Positions 1 through 14,230 of a stretch of DNA of 64,000 nucleotides are shown here, piece after piece. The stretch is from Octopus vulgaris (lineage: Eukaryota), in assembly GCA_951406725.2 (NCBI GenBank), contig OX597838.1:38564001-38628000 (forward strand), read 5' to 3'. Under the pieces are notes generated by a model that saw only the letters and a list, made by a program, of their open reading frames with translations, was not told where the DNA came from and did not search any database. A program made the translations under genes and the position numbers. The first letter of the stretch is position 1, and every line of letters starts with the position of its first letter.

Positions 1-979
1 AGGAAACGTGTCATTGATACCTTTAGACGATTAGGCCTTAAAATCCTTTTTACCATCAACCTGTCAAAAATCGAATTTTTAGATGTTTCCCTAGATCTAC
101 ACATCCGCTCATACAAACTGTACTATAAACCAACCGAGAAACTCTCGTATATACACAGACAATCCTGTCATCCCTATACTGTATAAAGACCTGATAGCTA
201 ACATCAGTAATAGGATATCTAACTGTTTTTCATCAAAATACATATTTGATAAGGCAGTCTCCAGCCATAATAATACCCTATCAAACAGCGGCTTCAAAGA
301 TAACATATATTATAACATTTCATATAAAAATATGAAACACAGAAGTAGACCGGAAAAATATTATAGTTCGCTTTCTTCCTAAAGATTAAATCTAATTTAG
401 GCAGGAAACTTTTGTCTGTTTCAGATAAGCTTTTCTCAGTAAACCATAGCTACAGGAAGATTTTTGACACACTTGATTAAGATATCATGCAGTTGCTCCC
501 CCAATATGAAGAACATTATCACTCGTAAACATCACCAAGGGCCCTCTCTCAGTTGTAACAGTCGAGATCCTGAAGCTTGCCTTCTTGACTAGGTGTGTAT
601 GATAAACGCCGTCGTGTGTAAGGCAGAAATCGCAGCAACCTTTCAAGATGACATGACTAAAAACAAAAATTACATTGCGTTATGGGAAGGCGATTTCAAA
701 AGACGATAGGAAAACCACCTTTCTTCATTCTGTCACATCGGAAAAAGTAAAGCCACGAAGTTGGCTAACCATGTATGGGGCTGTGAAGACCAAATGCACA
801 TCATACAAAATCAAGGGAAATACATATCACACGTAAATGGAACAAAGAAATGCATTTTAAATGTAACAGAATGGACGCACATTCATTTTATATCTAAGAT
901 TTCCCCTACACTACTCAATTCCAGATTCGAAATTTTAAGTATATGCAAGCATATAGACAAATTTCTATCGGTGAGCTAG
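1..979 (+). pseudogene. Decayed Penelope-like retroelement: RT C-terminus/thumb + GIY-YIG endonuclease (runs off window 5' end)
   Basis: Manual translation across frameshifts/stops gives LGLKILFTINLSKIEFLDVSLDL..YYKPTEKLSYIHRQSCHP, NISNRISNCFSSKYIFDKA..SGFKDNI, SCNSRDPEACLLD*VC, KNYIALWEGDFKRR*ENHLSSF..KATKLANHVW and LLNSRFEILSICKH. These are colinear with the PLE protein at 7175-8797. Confidence 0.9.
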
Positions 980-1333
980 ACGGCATGACACTCTCCCGCA
1001 GACTCTGAATTATTCTACAACTAGACTTTTATGGCTTTTATGGTCAAAGAGAACGTAACTCTAATTTTTTTCATTTCTTTCCTTTTTCCATTTATATTCA
1101 CCCTTTGACTTTTAGTATCAACTTTCGCTTGGAGATTGCTTGGAAACACAAGAATCGTTTTAAAAATCTGCCGACGCATGTTTTTACTAGCTCGTATCTT
1201 TATGCAATTTTCATTAAATGCTATTTAACCCTCAATGGATAGCATAGTTTTTTGTTTATCTTACCTTAAGGGATAGTAAACTATATTATTGATATATATG
1301 TAGCATATATTGATATTAACAGATGTGTATTAA

Positions 1334-1386
<53 letters not shown>

Positions 1387-1468
1387 CATACACATATGCA
1401 TACATGAATATATACATATATATATATAGATTTATACATATGTATGTATGCATGTATATATATGTAAG

Positions 1469-1525
<57 letters not shown>

Positions 1526-1526
<1 letters not shown>

Positions 1527-1675
1527 TTCAGTAGAAATTTAGATTCAGTTGAATATGGTACTTAAGTTGAAGGCACCAGAATTTGGTATGGTATTATACA
1601 TATAAATCAAAATGTGATGATTATAATCAAAATAAGCAACAAGGATACCTTTGGATATCCTTGTTGCTTATTTTG

Positions 1676-1681
<6 letters not shown>
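1526..1681. mobile_element. Short insert in (TA)n with terminal hairpin; probable PLE pseudo-LTR (pLTR) tail fragment
   Basis: Flanked by (TA)n on both sides. Near-perfect inverted repeat ataatcaaaataagcaacaaggata/tatccttgttgcttattttgattat at ~1622-1681. Shares ttgaatRtggtacttaa..caccagaa with the rc of 20510-20592. Confidence 0.6.
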
Positions 1682-1725
<44 letters not shown>

Positions 1726-1737
1726 TCTAGGTATAAT

Positions 1738-1930
1738 CTATTAGCTACTACACGTGTTCCGTTAGCTAATAGGAATTACAAAATTATATATGTGGTAGAA
1801 AATACGTTAGATATATCCTATTAGAAATTCTTCTGATAGAGTATCAAATATTATTTGATTCCTTGTCTTCAACATGTATAATTTTGTAACACGTATTAGC
1901 AAATGCAACACGTGTAATGGTTTATAAATA
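1738..1930. repeat. Degenerate ~55-bp inverted repeat (MITE-like/foldback)
   Basis: tacacgtgttccgttagctaataggaattacaaaattatatatgt (~1749-1793) is the diverged rc of acatgtataattttgtaacacgtattagcaaatgcaacacgtgta (~1872-1916). Confidence 0.6.
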
Positions 1931-2147
1931 ATATCAAAAAACCTTTCACTCTTCCCGTTTTGATAATATTGCCCTACAGAAAATATTTTCCAGCATTTTG
2001 AAGTATCATGTGTACTTCACACAAATATAACATTTACATACTAAATTGGAATACTGAAACGAACAAATGTGCTTCAAGATGATTCAACATCGATTTCAAC
2101 CCTACATAATATATATATGTATATATGTGCCTGCGTGCGCGCGCGAC

Positions 2148-2210
<63 letters not shown>

Positions 2211-2214
<4 letters not shown>

Positions 2215-3015
2215 TAAATAACAGGGTAAAAAATTCTAGAAGAAATTCTCCGCTATCCAGCGAGAGAGAAAAGATAGTATATATAATATACATTCAACAA
2301 TATAAGGAATGGCCCTGATAGGCCATTCGACTCCCTAGAAAGAGCAGCCAAACTCAAACCGCAAATTAGTTGTAATTCTGAAATTGAAAGAGAAATAAAA
2401 GACGTTTACCCCTTTCATCTCTGGACTATGCATAGTTTCGGCAAACTTTGTTAAACAAATTAATTAAATTAAATTAAATTTATTTACCAAAACTGTGCTC
2501 GTCAAGCAGAGAAGCCTAAGACGAGAATATATCCACGAGGCGATGGTAAGGAAGCTTCCAGTCTATATGCTATAAATTTTCAAAATCTACCGCATCGCGC
2601 GTGTTTTCTCAGCAGCAAATATAAACTGCTGATTTAATTTCAAAATTGTTCAAAAAATTCATTAATTAAATATATAGGGTTGCAAAAAATCTAGAAAAAT
2701 TCTCTGCTACCAGCGGTCTAGAAAAAAAAAGATAGTTAATTTAATTTCACTCTATCTCGCTAGACCGCTGGTAGCGGAGAATTTTTTCTAGATTTTTTGC
2801 TACCCTTATATTTATTAATTAATGATTTTTGGCTAATTTTGAAATTAAATTAGCACTTTATATTTGCTGCTGAGAAGAACCGCGATTGCGGTAGATTTTG
2901 AAAATTTAGAGCATATAGACTTGAGACTTCCTTACCATCGCCTCGTGGATATATACTCGTCCTAGGCTTCTCTGCTGACGAGGCACGCCAGTTGTAAATA
3001 AATTTAATTTAATTT
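2211..3015 (-). mobile_element. Non-coding hammerhead-bearing PLE-like element: partial tandem plus ~260-bp inverted arm
   Basis: Starts at a (TA)n junction. 2211-2280 resembles 2662-2737 (direct repeat). Arms ~2463-2721 and ~2760-3014 are inverted copies. Contains the HHR at 2418-2512. Confidence 0.8.
2418..2512 (-). ncRNA. Type I hammerhead ribozyme
   Basis: rc reads tctctg-CTTGACGAG-(long AU stem II)-cGAAACtatgcataGTC-cagaga. Stem I is tctctg/cagaga and stem III is the palindrome ACTATGCATAGT. The core has one extra T here; the inverted arm has intact CTGACGAG at 2975-2982. Confidence 0.75.
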
Positions 3016-3237
3016 CTGCCAGCTTCCCGTCTTAAAAACATATCAGACCTTAAGCAGCTGCGAAACAGATGCATCTCACAAAACTATTGAATCCGTCCTT
3101 CATGTTTTTCATGATACGGACTTACATTAGAAGGCGATATATATCCTTACTATTTTTAGCAATTTGCACAACCACGTAGAGATTTTATTGCTGCCTCTAC
3201 AGTTAATGCAGATTCTGTTGATGTTATTCTTCTTGTA

Positions 3238-3444
3238 TCGTTTATTAGTTTCTGTCATGTGACTGTGGTCATGCTGGGGCAATGCCTTGAGGGGTATCAT
3301 TGAATAGATCGACCCAGGACTTAATTCATTTTTTAAGTATGGTAAATATTCTATCGGTAGATTATACTGAACCGGTAAGTCAATGGGACATAAACACGGC
3401 AACACGAGTTGCCGAGCAGTGATACTAGACAAACACAGACACAA

Positions 3445-3480
<36 letters not shown>
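3238..3480 (-). mobile_element. tRNA-derived SINE family A, 3' half (5' half resumes at 8891-9056)
   Basis: Diverged match to 9600-9800 (gtcatgtgactgtggtcatgctgggg..gacccaggac..ttctatcggt..gggacataaacac..gacaaacacagacac). Confidence 0.75.
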
Positions 3481-3496
<16 letters not shown>

Positions 3497-3570
3497 GTGT
3501 GTGTGGATGCATGCATACTATGATGGGGATAAACACGGACAAAAAGATGCACACACACAGGCATATATAT

Positions 3571-3720
<150 letters not shown>

Positions 3721-3731
3721 TATATAGAAGG

Positions 3732-3782
3732 AGCTTCTACAGGACTAGTACTGTTTCATTCAAGAGAAATCTTCAGGAAGCT
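3732..3782 (-). ncRNA. Type I hammerhead ribozyme
   Basis: rc reads agcttc-CTGAAGA-tttctcttgaat-GAAAC-agtactagtcct-GTA-gaagct. 6-bp stem I, intact core, stem III ACAG..CTGT with a near-palindromic centre. Confidence 0.85.
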
Positions 3783-4109
3783 ATTTAACAAGAATTGTAT
3801 TAGCATTTATACATTTAGGCAGGTTTAAAGGATTGGTGGTGGGGGACTTTTGGGGGTAGGCATAGCGCAAAATATCATACTTGGGGGAGTGGTCAAGGAG
3901 TCAGTGGTAAGTTAGATGAAAGAATAGATAAATAAAAAAATAAATAAAAAAAATAAAAAAATAAAAAAAAAAAAAATAAAAAAATAAAAAAAATAAAAAA
4001 ATAAAAAAATAAAAAATATATATAAAAAATATATATATAAAAAAATATATATATAAAAAAAGGGGGGATAGAGTTATAGGTAAATAAGGAGATTCTCACT
4101 TATACCTAT

Positions 4110-4129
4110 ACACATATGTATACGTATCT

Positions 4130-4180
<51 letters not shown>

Positions 4181-4479
4181 TATATACACATATACATACA
4201 TATCTACATACACACATACATACACCCGCCCACATATACAAATTTATACACATGCACATGCATATACCTGTCTACACATACACACACGTATATATGCATA
4301 CACTCACTCCCATGCATGCACGCATACACACATGTATATATATACCCACGACCACACATACATATATACACAGAAAGATATATATTCATACGCACATACA
4401 CTCATGCACACACAACACACCTAGTTCCCTATATACACATATTTACACCTATATATACACATACACCCACATACACATA

Positions 4480-4527
<48 letters not shown>

Positions 4528-4626
4528 CACGCATACATATATATACATGTGTGCACATACATACATATACACATATACATACACATACACATACACATGT
4601 GTACCTATACATACCTACACATACAC

Positions 4627-4691
<65 letters not shown>

Positions 4692-5082
4692 ATCCAATAC
4701 AGGCCCATTCCCTAATTTTAATTTTATTATCTTCATTTATTACTTTTGTTATCTTTGATCGCTAGAGCTAAGGATCCTGGCTATGGCAGCATGTCCATTT
4801 GTCTGTCTACTAGAAGGCAAGTACTCATTCCCGCACGCACACTCATTAGCACGTACATTCACCCATTCGTACACTCATACACATACACGTACGCACACGT
4901 TATATTCATACATACAAACATCTACATACGTTCACGTATATACACATACGTACTCGTACCTACAGATTCGTGTCTACACTTTAGGAGGCTAGTCTATACA
5001 TATACACCAATAAATATACATATATATATATATACACATATACATACACACACACACATATACTCCTACATACAGATACATA

Positions 5083-5130
<48 letters not shown>

Positions 5131-5340
5131 CATACACATACACACATATATATACACACACATACATACACATATATATACATACACAAACATATATACA
5201 CACATATATATATATATATATATACACACATACACACACATACATACATATACACACAAACACATACATACGTATACATACATACATACATCCATACATC
5301 CATACTTACATGCATTTATACGCATACACACACCCCCATC

Positions 5341-5371
<31 letters not shown>

Positions 5372-5858
5372 TCACACATACATATACAAATATACGCACA
5401 CACATACATACATACACGTATACACATACACGCACATACACATATACATGCGTACCCATACACGTGCACACACGCACGTGCATCCATATATATACACACA
5501 CACACATATATACACGTGTGCAAGCATACATACATACTCATACACGCACACATACTTACATATACATATATGCACACACTTACACACATATATACATACA
5601 CATATACATGCATACATACATATATGCATACATACACATACACGCACATACACATATACATGCGTACCCATACACGTGCACACACGCACGCGCATCCATA
5701 TATATACACACACACACATATATACACGTGTGCAAGCATACATACATACTCATACACGCACACATACTTACATATACATATATGCACACACTTACACACA
5801 TATATACATACACATATACATGCATACATACATATATGCATACATACACACACGCGCA

Positions 5859-5916
<58 letters not shown>

Positions 5917-6085
5917 TACACACACATATACATACACATACACATACATACACATACACATACATACATATATATATATATATACACATATATACACATA
6001 TACACATACATATATACACATATACATACATATACATACACACACACATACATATATACATATACACTGATACACATACCCATAC

Positions 6086-6118
<33 letters not shown>

Positions 6119-6197
6119 TATACACATGCATATACTTATATCTCTACATACTCACATATAAACATATATATATATACACACATGTATATACACATGT

Positions 6198-6268
<71 letters not shown>

Positions 6269-7090
6269 TACATATACACATATACATGTATACATACGCA
6301 ATAATGATACACATATATACACATACACACACACAGACAGATGCATATACATACATATATATATAAATTACATATCTATATAAATGCATACATAATACAC
6401 ATATACACACACATATATATACATGCATATACATATACAAATATACATACACATACATACACACACACGCGCACACATACATATACACACACACATATAC
6501 AAATACATACATACACACATACACACACACACATATATACATACATGTACACATATACATATATATATATATATATCAACAAGGGAGGGTAAAGTTAATT
6601 AGTTATTAATCAATTTCACCAAGTATTCAGTATGTAAAGGGACCATTATTATTTTGAGTAAACAATGTTAGAGGGAAAAAAATTCTCTAAGTAGTGGAAG
6701 AGGCTAAAAAACTTTATTGGCTGCTATTTCTAGAAAGTTTAGTATGTGGCAAAGTAATTTATTTTATTTTACTAAGCCCTAAATTATATAATATTTTATA
6801 CATACATACACATACATAAACACATACATTTACACATACATATGCATATACGTATATACACATATACATACAAACACATATACATATATACACACACACA
6901 CACATACAAGCACATACATATATATATATATATATATACATATATGCAAATATATATACATATATATATTTTTACATGCATACATACACACACACACATA
7001 ATACATGCGTATATTCCTACTGTACCCATGCATTTCTATACATATATACATACATACGATACACATATACAAGCGTGCACATACAATATG
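4110..7090. repeat. Compound (CA/TA/TACA)n low-complexity region, including a 212-bp internal duplication
   Basis: Direct reading. catatacatgcgtacccatacacgtgcacacacgcac recurs at ~5441 and ~5653. Confidence 0.9.
6577..6790. mobile_element. Rearranged pLTR fragment related to the 30184-30854 element
   Basis: 6577-6650 resembles the rc of 30313-30388. 6690-6785 resembles 30190-30285 (agtagaag..ggctgctatttcta..aagtaa..ttattttact). TA-rich flanks. Confidence 0.6.
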
Positions 7091-7174
7091 TGAAAGGTCT
7101 TAGGAGAAAAGGTAATCGGGGGTGCTAGGGGAACAGTGGGGTTGGGGGGGGGCGTTGTAGGGGGTGGGTTGTCA

Positions 7175-8797
7175 TCAATCAGGTTGCCGGGTAGGTCTAT
7201 AGTTCTTGTAGTTCGCATACTTCTTATGCATGCAATTTGGGGAGTGTTCTGAAAATTTGTTAAGGAGAGGGCCTTTGGCGAACAAGATCTCTAGGCTCTC
7301 TGATATGCATAGGTCACAGCAGGTATGTCCTCCTGTGTACGAGCGCGCCTTCTGTAGTAGTTTCCACTTGGTCTTGAAGGGGATTGAGTTCCTTTTAAGG
7401 TACCAGATGTGAGCGGCGAGGGTAGTTTGGTTGGATTTATCCTGTCGCCGGAACGAGTGTGTGTGTGCGTACCAGCGGGTCTTAAAGCTGTTTGACGTCA
7501 TTCCAATGTAGGATTTACTTTTATCGTCAAGGCCTGATCTTACCTCGCATTTATATACTAGGTCCCTCTGTAGGCAGTTGTTGTTGAGGGGGCAGGTGGT
7601 TTTATCATGGCAGTTGCAACTGCTATCGGACGTTGGATGGGCCCCGGAGAAAGTAGATATGTTAAGTTTTTTCACATTGTTGTAGGCTAGGTTCCTGGCT
7701 AGATTGGGCGTGGTAGAGTAGGAGAGTCTAATAGTGTTCTTATTTAGGATAGTGTAGTACTTATGTTGGGTGGGGAAGTGTTTCTGTAGGAGAGTGAAAA
7801 AGATCTTAGCTACAGGTGTAGCGACCTCACGGTTGAAGGGGGGTTGTACCAGCTAATGTGTCTTCGTCTATTTTTCCTGGGTTGGCGTGGGGCTATACTA
7901 GTGTAGGTAATCTTATCTTTAAAACCACTGCGGGCCAGGGCCTCGTTGTAATAGGGGGCTGCGGCCTTAAAGATATCTTCCGTGGCGGACAGGCTAGAGA
8001 TTCTAATTGAGACACTTTTTACTAGGTTATCTAATATATTTTTGGGGTGGTTGGAATTGATATCTATATATCTAAGGGATTCATTTGGTTTGTGGTACGG
8101 GTAATAAAGTGAGGTTTTTAAGTCGAGGGTGACATCGAGGAAGTTAGCCTTTGTTAAGTTGGATTCTAGGGTAATCCTAAGGCCTAAGTTTTTAAAGAAG
8201 GTGTGAAGATTTTTCCGGAACCCATCCGTGGTCCTGGGGTTTATATTGTGGAGGGCGAAAAGGCCGTCATCTCGGTAAAGACCACCGGAGAGGCCTGTGA
8301 ATAGGGTTTTCAGCCTATGGAGGATGAAAAGGCCCACTAGGTCACTTATTTCAGCAGAGTCGTTAGCACCCATGCTGACGTCGAAGGGGGTCACAGATTT
8401 TTTGTTGATCCAGTGGGATCCGTCATAGAAAAGAAAAGTCTTACGTGCGTGGAGGATCACATCTTGCTCGGCCTCGGTGATGGTGGAGGACCTCCTGGCG
8501 AAGTTAATCGCATCGATCAGCAAGCTCTCCGATATAGAGGCGTAGTAATCCTCGATATCCAGTTGTAGGAATCGGGTGTTGCTTTTATCTGGTAAATCCC
8601 GGAACCAGGTTATTGCCTCGGAGGTCCTATTCCAGAGTGGAAGGGGTGAAGCCTCACGCATTTTTGGTAAAATCCTGTCCAGGATCTTCTTGCTGACGGA
8701 TCCGATGTCAGACTTGGTTGGGTTAATCAAACGGACCGACGGTTTATTTTCGAAATGGTCTTTGTGGTCTTTCAGGGTGAAGTGTGGGGACTTCTGA
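7175..8797 (-). CDS. Penelope-like reverse transcriptase + C-terminal GIY-YIG endonuclease (5'-truncated, one frameshift at G6 run 7838-7843)
   Basis: RT motifs: FTLKDHK..VRLINP, LQLDIEDYYASI, MGANDSAEISDL, LYRDDGL, NFLDVTL. Adding one base at WYNPP joins to FNREVATPVAKIFF..RLSYSTTPN..CNCHDKTTCPLNNNC..LVYKCEV..SYIGMT..FKTRWYAH..CDLCISE..LLN..CMH. Confidence 0.95.
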
Positions 8798-8839
8798 GTA
8801 CCTTACTTACTGTGGTTAACCCCGAATCAACCCGGGACC

Positions 8840-8890
<51 letters not shown>

Positions 8891-8892
<2 letters not shown>

Positions 8893-9056
8893 GACGGACT
8901 TCTTTCAGTTTTCGTCTACCAAATCCACTCACAAGGTTTTGTCGGGCTGAGGATATAGTAGGAGACAATTGCCGAAGGTGCCACGCTGTGAGAGTGAACC
9001 CAGAACCATGTGGTTAGGAATTAAGCTTCCTACCACACAGCCACACCTGCACCTAT
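8891..9056 (-). mobile_element. SINE family A, 5' half (tRNA-like head)
   Basis: Matches 9840-10005 (cttctttcagtt..ctaccaaatccactcacaagg..accacacagccacacctgc). Confidence 0.85.
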
Positions 9057-9587
9057 AATAATATGTGTGTGTTTTTGTGTACATATATATATATATATAT
9101 ATACGTGTGTGTGTCTATATATATACGGTGGGCTTCTCTCGATCTCCGTCTACCAAATTCACTCACAAGTCTTTGTTTTTCTAAAAATACTTGTGTTCGT
9201 GCAACGTTTACTCCATTGCAGTCGTGTATCCATTGATCTTAAATCCTTAAATCCTTAAAAATGTTTTAGCCCGAAGGCCGCGGCCATGCTGGGGCACCAT
9301 CATTCTTACCTGATTAGTCTCCACACTCAATGCAAGTTTCAAATGCAGTACCTTGTGTTGTGCGGTACAAATTCACTGCAAGCGAAGGCTACGACGCGAG
9401 CACCATTCTTCCTTGGACGCCTTTAGTGACCATTATCAAGAATTTTTCAATGTTCCTGCATGGCCAAAAGTCACCCGGCAGTAAGTCAAAATTCCATAAA
9501 TACTTAATATTCAATTTTATTTATTCATTCCAATTATGTTTACCGTTTTCCTTCAACATTTGGCTATATATTAGCGAAGTCTCATAT

Positions 9588-10007
9588 CTTTATCTTTTTT
9601 CTTTTACTTGTTTCAGTCATTTGACTGCGGCCATGCTGGAGCACCACCTTTAGTCGAGTAAATCGACCCCGGGACTTATTCTTTGTAAGCCCAGTACTTA
9701 TTCTATCGGTCTCTTTTGCCGAACCGCTAAGTGACGGGGACGTAAACACACCAGCATCGGTTGTCAAGCAATGCTTGGGGGACAAATACATACACACAAA
9801 CACATACACACACATACATATATATATATATACATATATACGACAGGCTTCTTTCAGTTTCCGTCTACCAAATCCACTCACAAGGCATTGATCGGCCCGG
9901 GGCTATAGCAGAAGACACTTGCCCAAGGTGCCACCCAGTGGGACTGAACCCGGAACCATGTGGTTGGTTAGCAAGCTACTTACCACACAGTCACTCCTGC
10001 GCCTATA
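9588..10007 (-). mobile_element. Full-length tRNA-derived SINE family A (~410 bp, internal CA/TA microsatellite)
   Basis: rc head has A-box-like TGACTGTGTGG and B-box-like GGTTCAGTCCC, then CORE-like ccttgggcaagtg. More than 10 copies in the window. Confidence 0.9.
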
Positions 10008-10129
10008 ATAATTTTTTTGTTTTAATCTTAGAATTAAAGGATTTTGAATTACTGTCAGGTGACTTTTGTCCAACCCTGTAATTAGGGTTCGAAATGTAAA
10101 AACTAAAACAAACAAACAGAAAAAAAAAA

Positions 10130-10262
10130 CAGAAGATAGTGACAGGCGAAGAAACAACAAAGGTATATTAGTTTGACGATCAGGAGAAATGGAAGAGTCT
10201 TTGATGTTTCGAGCCTAAGCTCTTCTACAGAGAGGATTTAAGAGAGAAATCCAAATAAATAT
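10130..10262 (-). mobile_element. pLTR-like fragment with degenerate minimal hammerhead (10198-10235)
   Basis: rc reads cctct-CTGTAGA-A-GAGC ttag GCTC-GAAAC-ATC-aaaga. Same family as 21290-21500, 22990-23142 and 32458-32625. Confidence 0.55.
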
Positions 10263-10301
10263 TTTACACATACATACATATATGAATATAAATATATATG
10301 T

Positions 10302-10342
<41 letters not shown>

Positions 10343-10345
<3 letters not shown>

Positions 10346-10590
10346 TATAATAGAGGCCGGTTCATGGGGTTACCCTGGGTTTCTCGCTCATAAGGGTGTA
10401 GCCTTATGGCGTATCTTAGGGTTTCTGTGCGGACTGAAGGTACGCCGTAAGGCTAAACCCTTATGAGCGAAAATCCCAAGGAAACTCCATAAACCAGCCC
10501 CCATTATAATATCAACTGCTCTACAATCTTAGAGTGTACTTCTTCCCCGGATTTATGCATTTCTACAAACGAATATGCACATATATATAT
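10343..10590. mobile_element. Foldback insert between microsatellites (75-bp inverted arms plus tail)
   Basis: Arms 10343-10417 and 10437-10511 are imperfect reverse complements. Flanked by (TG)n and (TA)n. Confidence 0.7.
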
Positions 10591-11462
10591 TGTATATGTG
10601 TGTACATGTGTGTTTGGTTTTAATATCAAGTTGCGTTTAAAAAAATTTAATTTAAGCCAAGTTCTCTATCAAAGGCAATATCTATTTATCCAGGGTGTCT
10701 TAAATTAACCTTGCCTTTGTTCTAGCTTCCAGGTTTTGATGATTTAATCGTTTATTTTTAGAATGGTATTGTATTTTAGGTTTAAGAGGCCGGATCTCGT
10801 TGGTCTGAGTATAAAACAGGTTGTTTTGTACAGATATGGGCGTTCTAAATGTGGAAACATTAATTAGCGTTTGTGTTCGGTATGCAAGGTCCTTGATGCA
10901 AATTCGTGAGCTGAAACAAGTATTTTTGTGTCTTACTCCAACCATAATAAACACACGCACTGGTTCAATATCACATCTTTATTGTTAGTTAATCAGTTAA
11001 ATATCTAACCAACTAATTTTAAGCGATCGTTTGTTTCATGTTACCTTGAAGAGAGAGGGCTAGGTGTTGATGAGGTTGCGAATACAGATGAAAGGACATT
11101 GATAAACAAGCGATTGATGGCTTAATCAAGGCATTGAACAAACGATCGATCAGTTAGTTTGTTAAAGATATGACTGACTGAATGACAATACTGAAGTGAT
11201 AATGAACCAGTACGTGTTTGTTATTACTGGCATGATGACCTTCAAAAGACACGACAAAATTTAATTTTAACGGATTTTAGTACAGTACATATTTATTAAG
11301 CTTTGACGTCACTACCATGCATCGACTTGTAAAAGCCCATACATGCACACAGACACACACAAAGACACACTGACACACATACGCACATGCACGTGAGCGC
11401 CATTTCTGGGAAATTTCTATTCCCTTGCATCGCGAGGAATATGCGAATATGTGTTTATATGC

Positions 11463-11543
<81 letters not shown>

Positions 11544-11638
11544 AGTAGACACAGATATATACATACATTCATATACATATGTATATGTCTATGCATATTT
11601 ACATGAGTTCAGGAATACACATGCACAAACAAACACAC

Positions 11639-11673
<35 letters not shown>

Positions 11674-12233
11674 TATATGTATTATCTATGTATATATGTA
11701 TACAAATATATACATATACATATATGTATATATGTATATGTATATATGTATACATATATATGTATATATATATATGTATATGTATATATGTATACATATA
11801 TACATATACATGTATGTATATAAATATACACGTATATGTGTATACATATATATATATATGCGTTATATATATATATGTGTGTGTAAGTGCATATATATGT
11901 ACATACAAACATACATACATATATGTGTGTGTGTGTGTGTGTGTGTGTTTGTGTTTGTGTGTATGAATGTATATAAGTACACGTGTCTGTGAGAGGTTGT
12001 GTATGTTCTTGTGTGTTTGTGTATATAAGTATGGAAAGGGCTTCAATGTGTATATATACATGCCTCTCTTTGCACACACACACATACATATACAAACACA
12101 CACACATATATATATATATATATATCTATGTATGTATATATATATATGTGTGTGTATGCGTAAATATATAATAATAAGGTTTACCGTTATAAATCGTAGA
12201 CAAATATTTACGATGACGACGACGCCGACAACG

Positions 12234-12266
<33 letters not shown>

Positions 12267-12672
12267 GCCACAACAACAACAGCTAGGCAAGAGGATGACC
12301 GAAAAGGACAACGACGACAGCGCCACCTTCGTCTACACCAACACACCAACTGTTAAGCAAGTATTTAATTTAAAACTTCTCCATACAATCTATAGGAGGG
12401 TCATAGATTAATTATCATCTGAAGAATTCGGTTTGAAGTTGTTCCAAACGGTTGCCAAAATTACCAATGTCTTTATCAACGTTGGCATCGTTGTGTTTCA
12501 TTAACAGTAGGGTGTGGGTGTTGTGTGGTGGTGGTGGTGGTGGTGGTGGTGGTGGAAATGGTGGAAATGGTGGTGGTGGTGGTGGTGGTGGTGGGTGAGT
12601 GATGGGAATATTTGGTGGTCGTGTCTCTGCCCGAACATATATGTATTTATATATATGCTTACAGATATATAC

Positions 12673-12728
<56 letters not shown>

Positions 12729-12812
12729 GTACGTACGCGTAACATAGTTGATAACCTGTGAGTTCACTTCTACTTCAAAAGTCTGAATGTCTATGTATAT
12801 ACATACCTACTT

Positions 12813-12868
<56 letters not shown>

Positions 12869-13201
12869 GTATATATGTATGTATGTATATGCATATATAT
12901 ATACATGTATATATGTATATATATATACCTATTCATATATATATACATATATATATATATATATGCATATATATATATATACGTGCTTGTGTATGCCTTT
13001 CAGTTTTTGTATATATATATATATATATCAATATTTTCTCATCTTAATCTCTCATATCTCTTTATTGAAACAGTTAATATGTGTGCGTGTGTGCGTGCGT
13101 ATGTGTGTGTGTCGTGTATGCAAACACACACATACATAGATATGATTACATAGGTGTAGATTCGATCAAATACGCATAAATATATGCATACACATATGTA
13201 C

Positions 13202-13252
<51 letters not shown>

Positions 13253-13267
13253 TCCATACATACACAC

Positions 13268-13343
<76 letters not shown>

Positions 13344-13438
13344 GTATGTATATATTTATTTACATCCACAGAAATAGATTCGAACACTATAATATACCAC
13401 GCAAACATAGGTAAAAGTAAAAATACACAAACAGACCC

Positions 13439-13496
<58 letters not shown>

Positions 13497-13879
13497 CTAC
13501 ACACACATGCGCACGCACACATACGCACACAACATTCAGATCTTCTGAAGTGGAAGGAATGTGACGGGTTACCAACTGGCGAGTTGGAAAAATTTGTAGA
13601 GTAATTAAAGTTAATTACACGCTTATTTGCGCCAATATGATTAGCGTGAGATATAGAGGAAGAGAGAAAGAAATAACCGAAGAGAGAGAGAGAGAGAGGC
13701 AGAGAGAGAGAGGTTTTGAAGGAGAAGTTTAGATGTATAAGTTTGTCTATATATGTACGTAATGGAAATCGTTGAGAAAGGGTTTAGAAATATGATGCAG
13801 CTTGCTGGGTACAATAGTCTAGCGAACCATCATTTATGGCATATAATAATTATAAGTGAGTTACGGAGCATTGACAATA

Positions 13880-13911
<32 letters not shown>

Positions 13912-14177
13912 GTAAATATATGTAGAGAGAGAGAACGAAAGAGATGGAGAAAGACAGAGAGGGAGGGACAGTTATATGCGAATGTATGTGAGAATGTTTC
14001 GGTGTATAGATAAAATGGTTACATAAGCCGATAGCGATACATACTTATATAGATGACCTGTGAGTGTGCAAGTGTGTGAGTTTTGTCTGAGCGTATTCCT
14101 TTATGAATCTACGAATATATATATATATATATATTACATCCTTTACACATGTGCATACCCATACGTACATATACATA

Positions 14178-14230
<53 letters not shown>

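Noticed and set aside
7090-8797. Selenocysteine recoding/SECIS, reported for some Naiad PLEs
   Set aside because: No in-frame TGA in the reconstructed ORF (the conserved Cys positions are Cys), and I could not identify a SECIS.
10700-10960. 86-aa non-repetitive minus-strand ORF with possible splice sites (tttcag / aag-gttaat)
   Set aside because: No recognisable homology and no partner exons. It would need RNA-seq or tBLASTn support.
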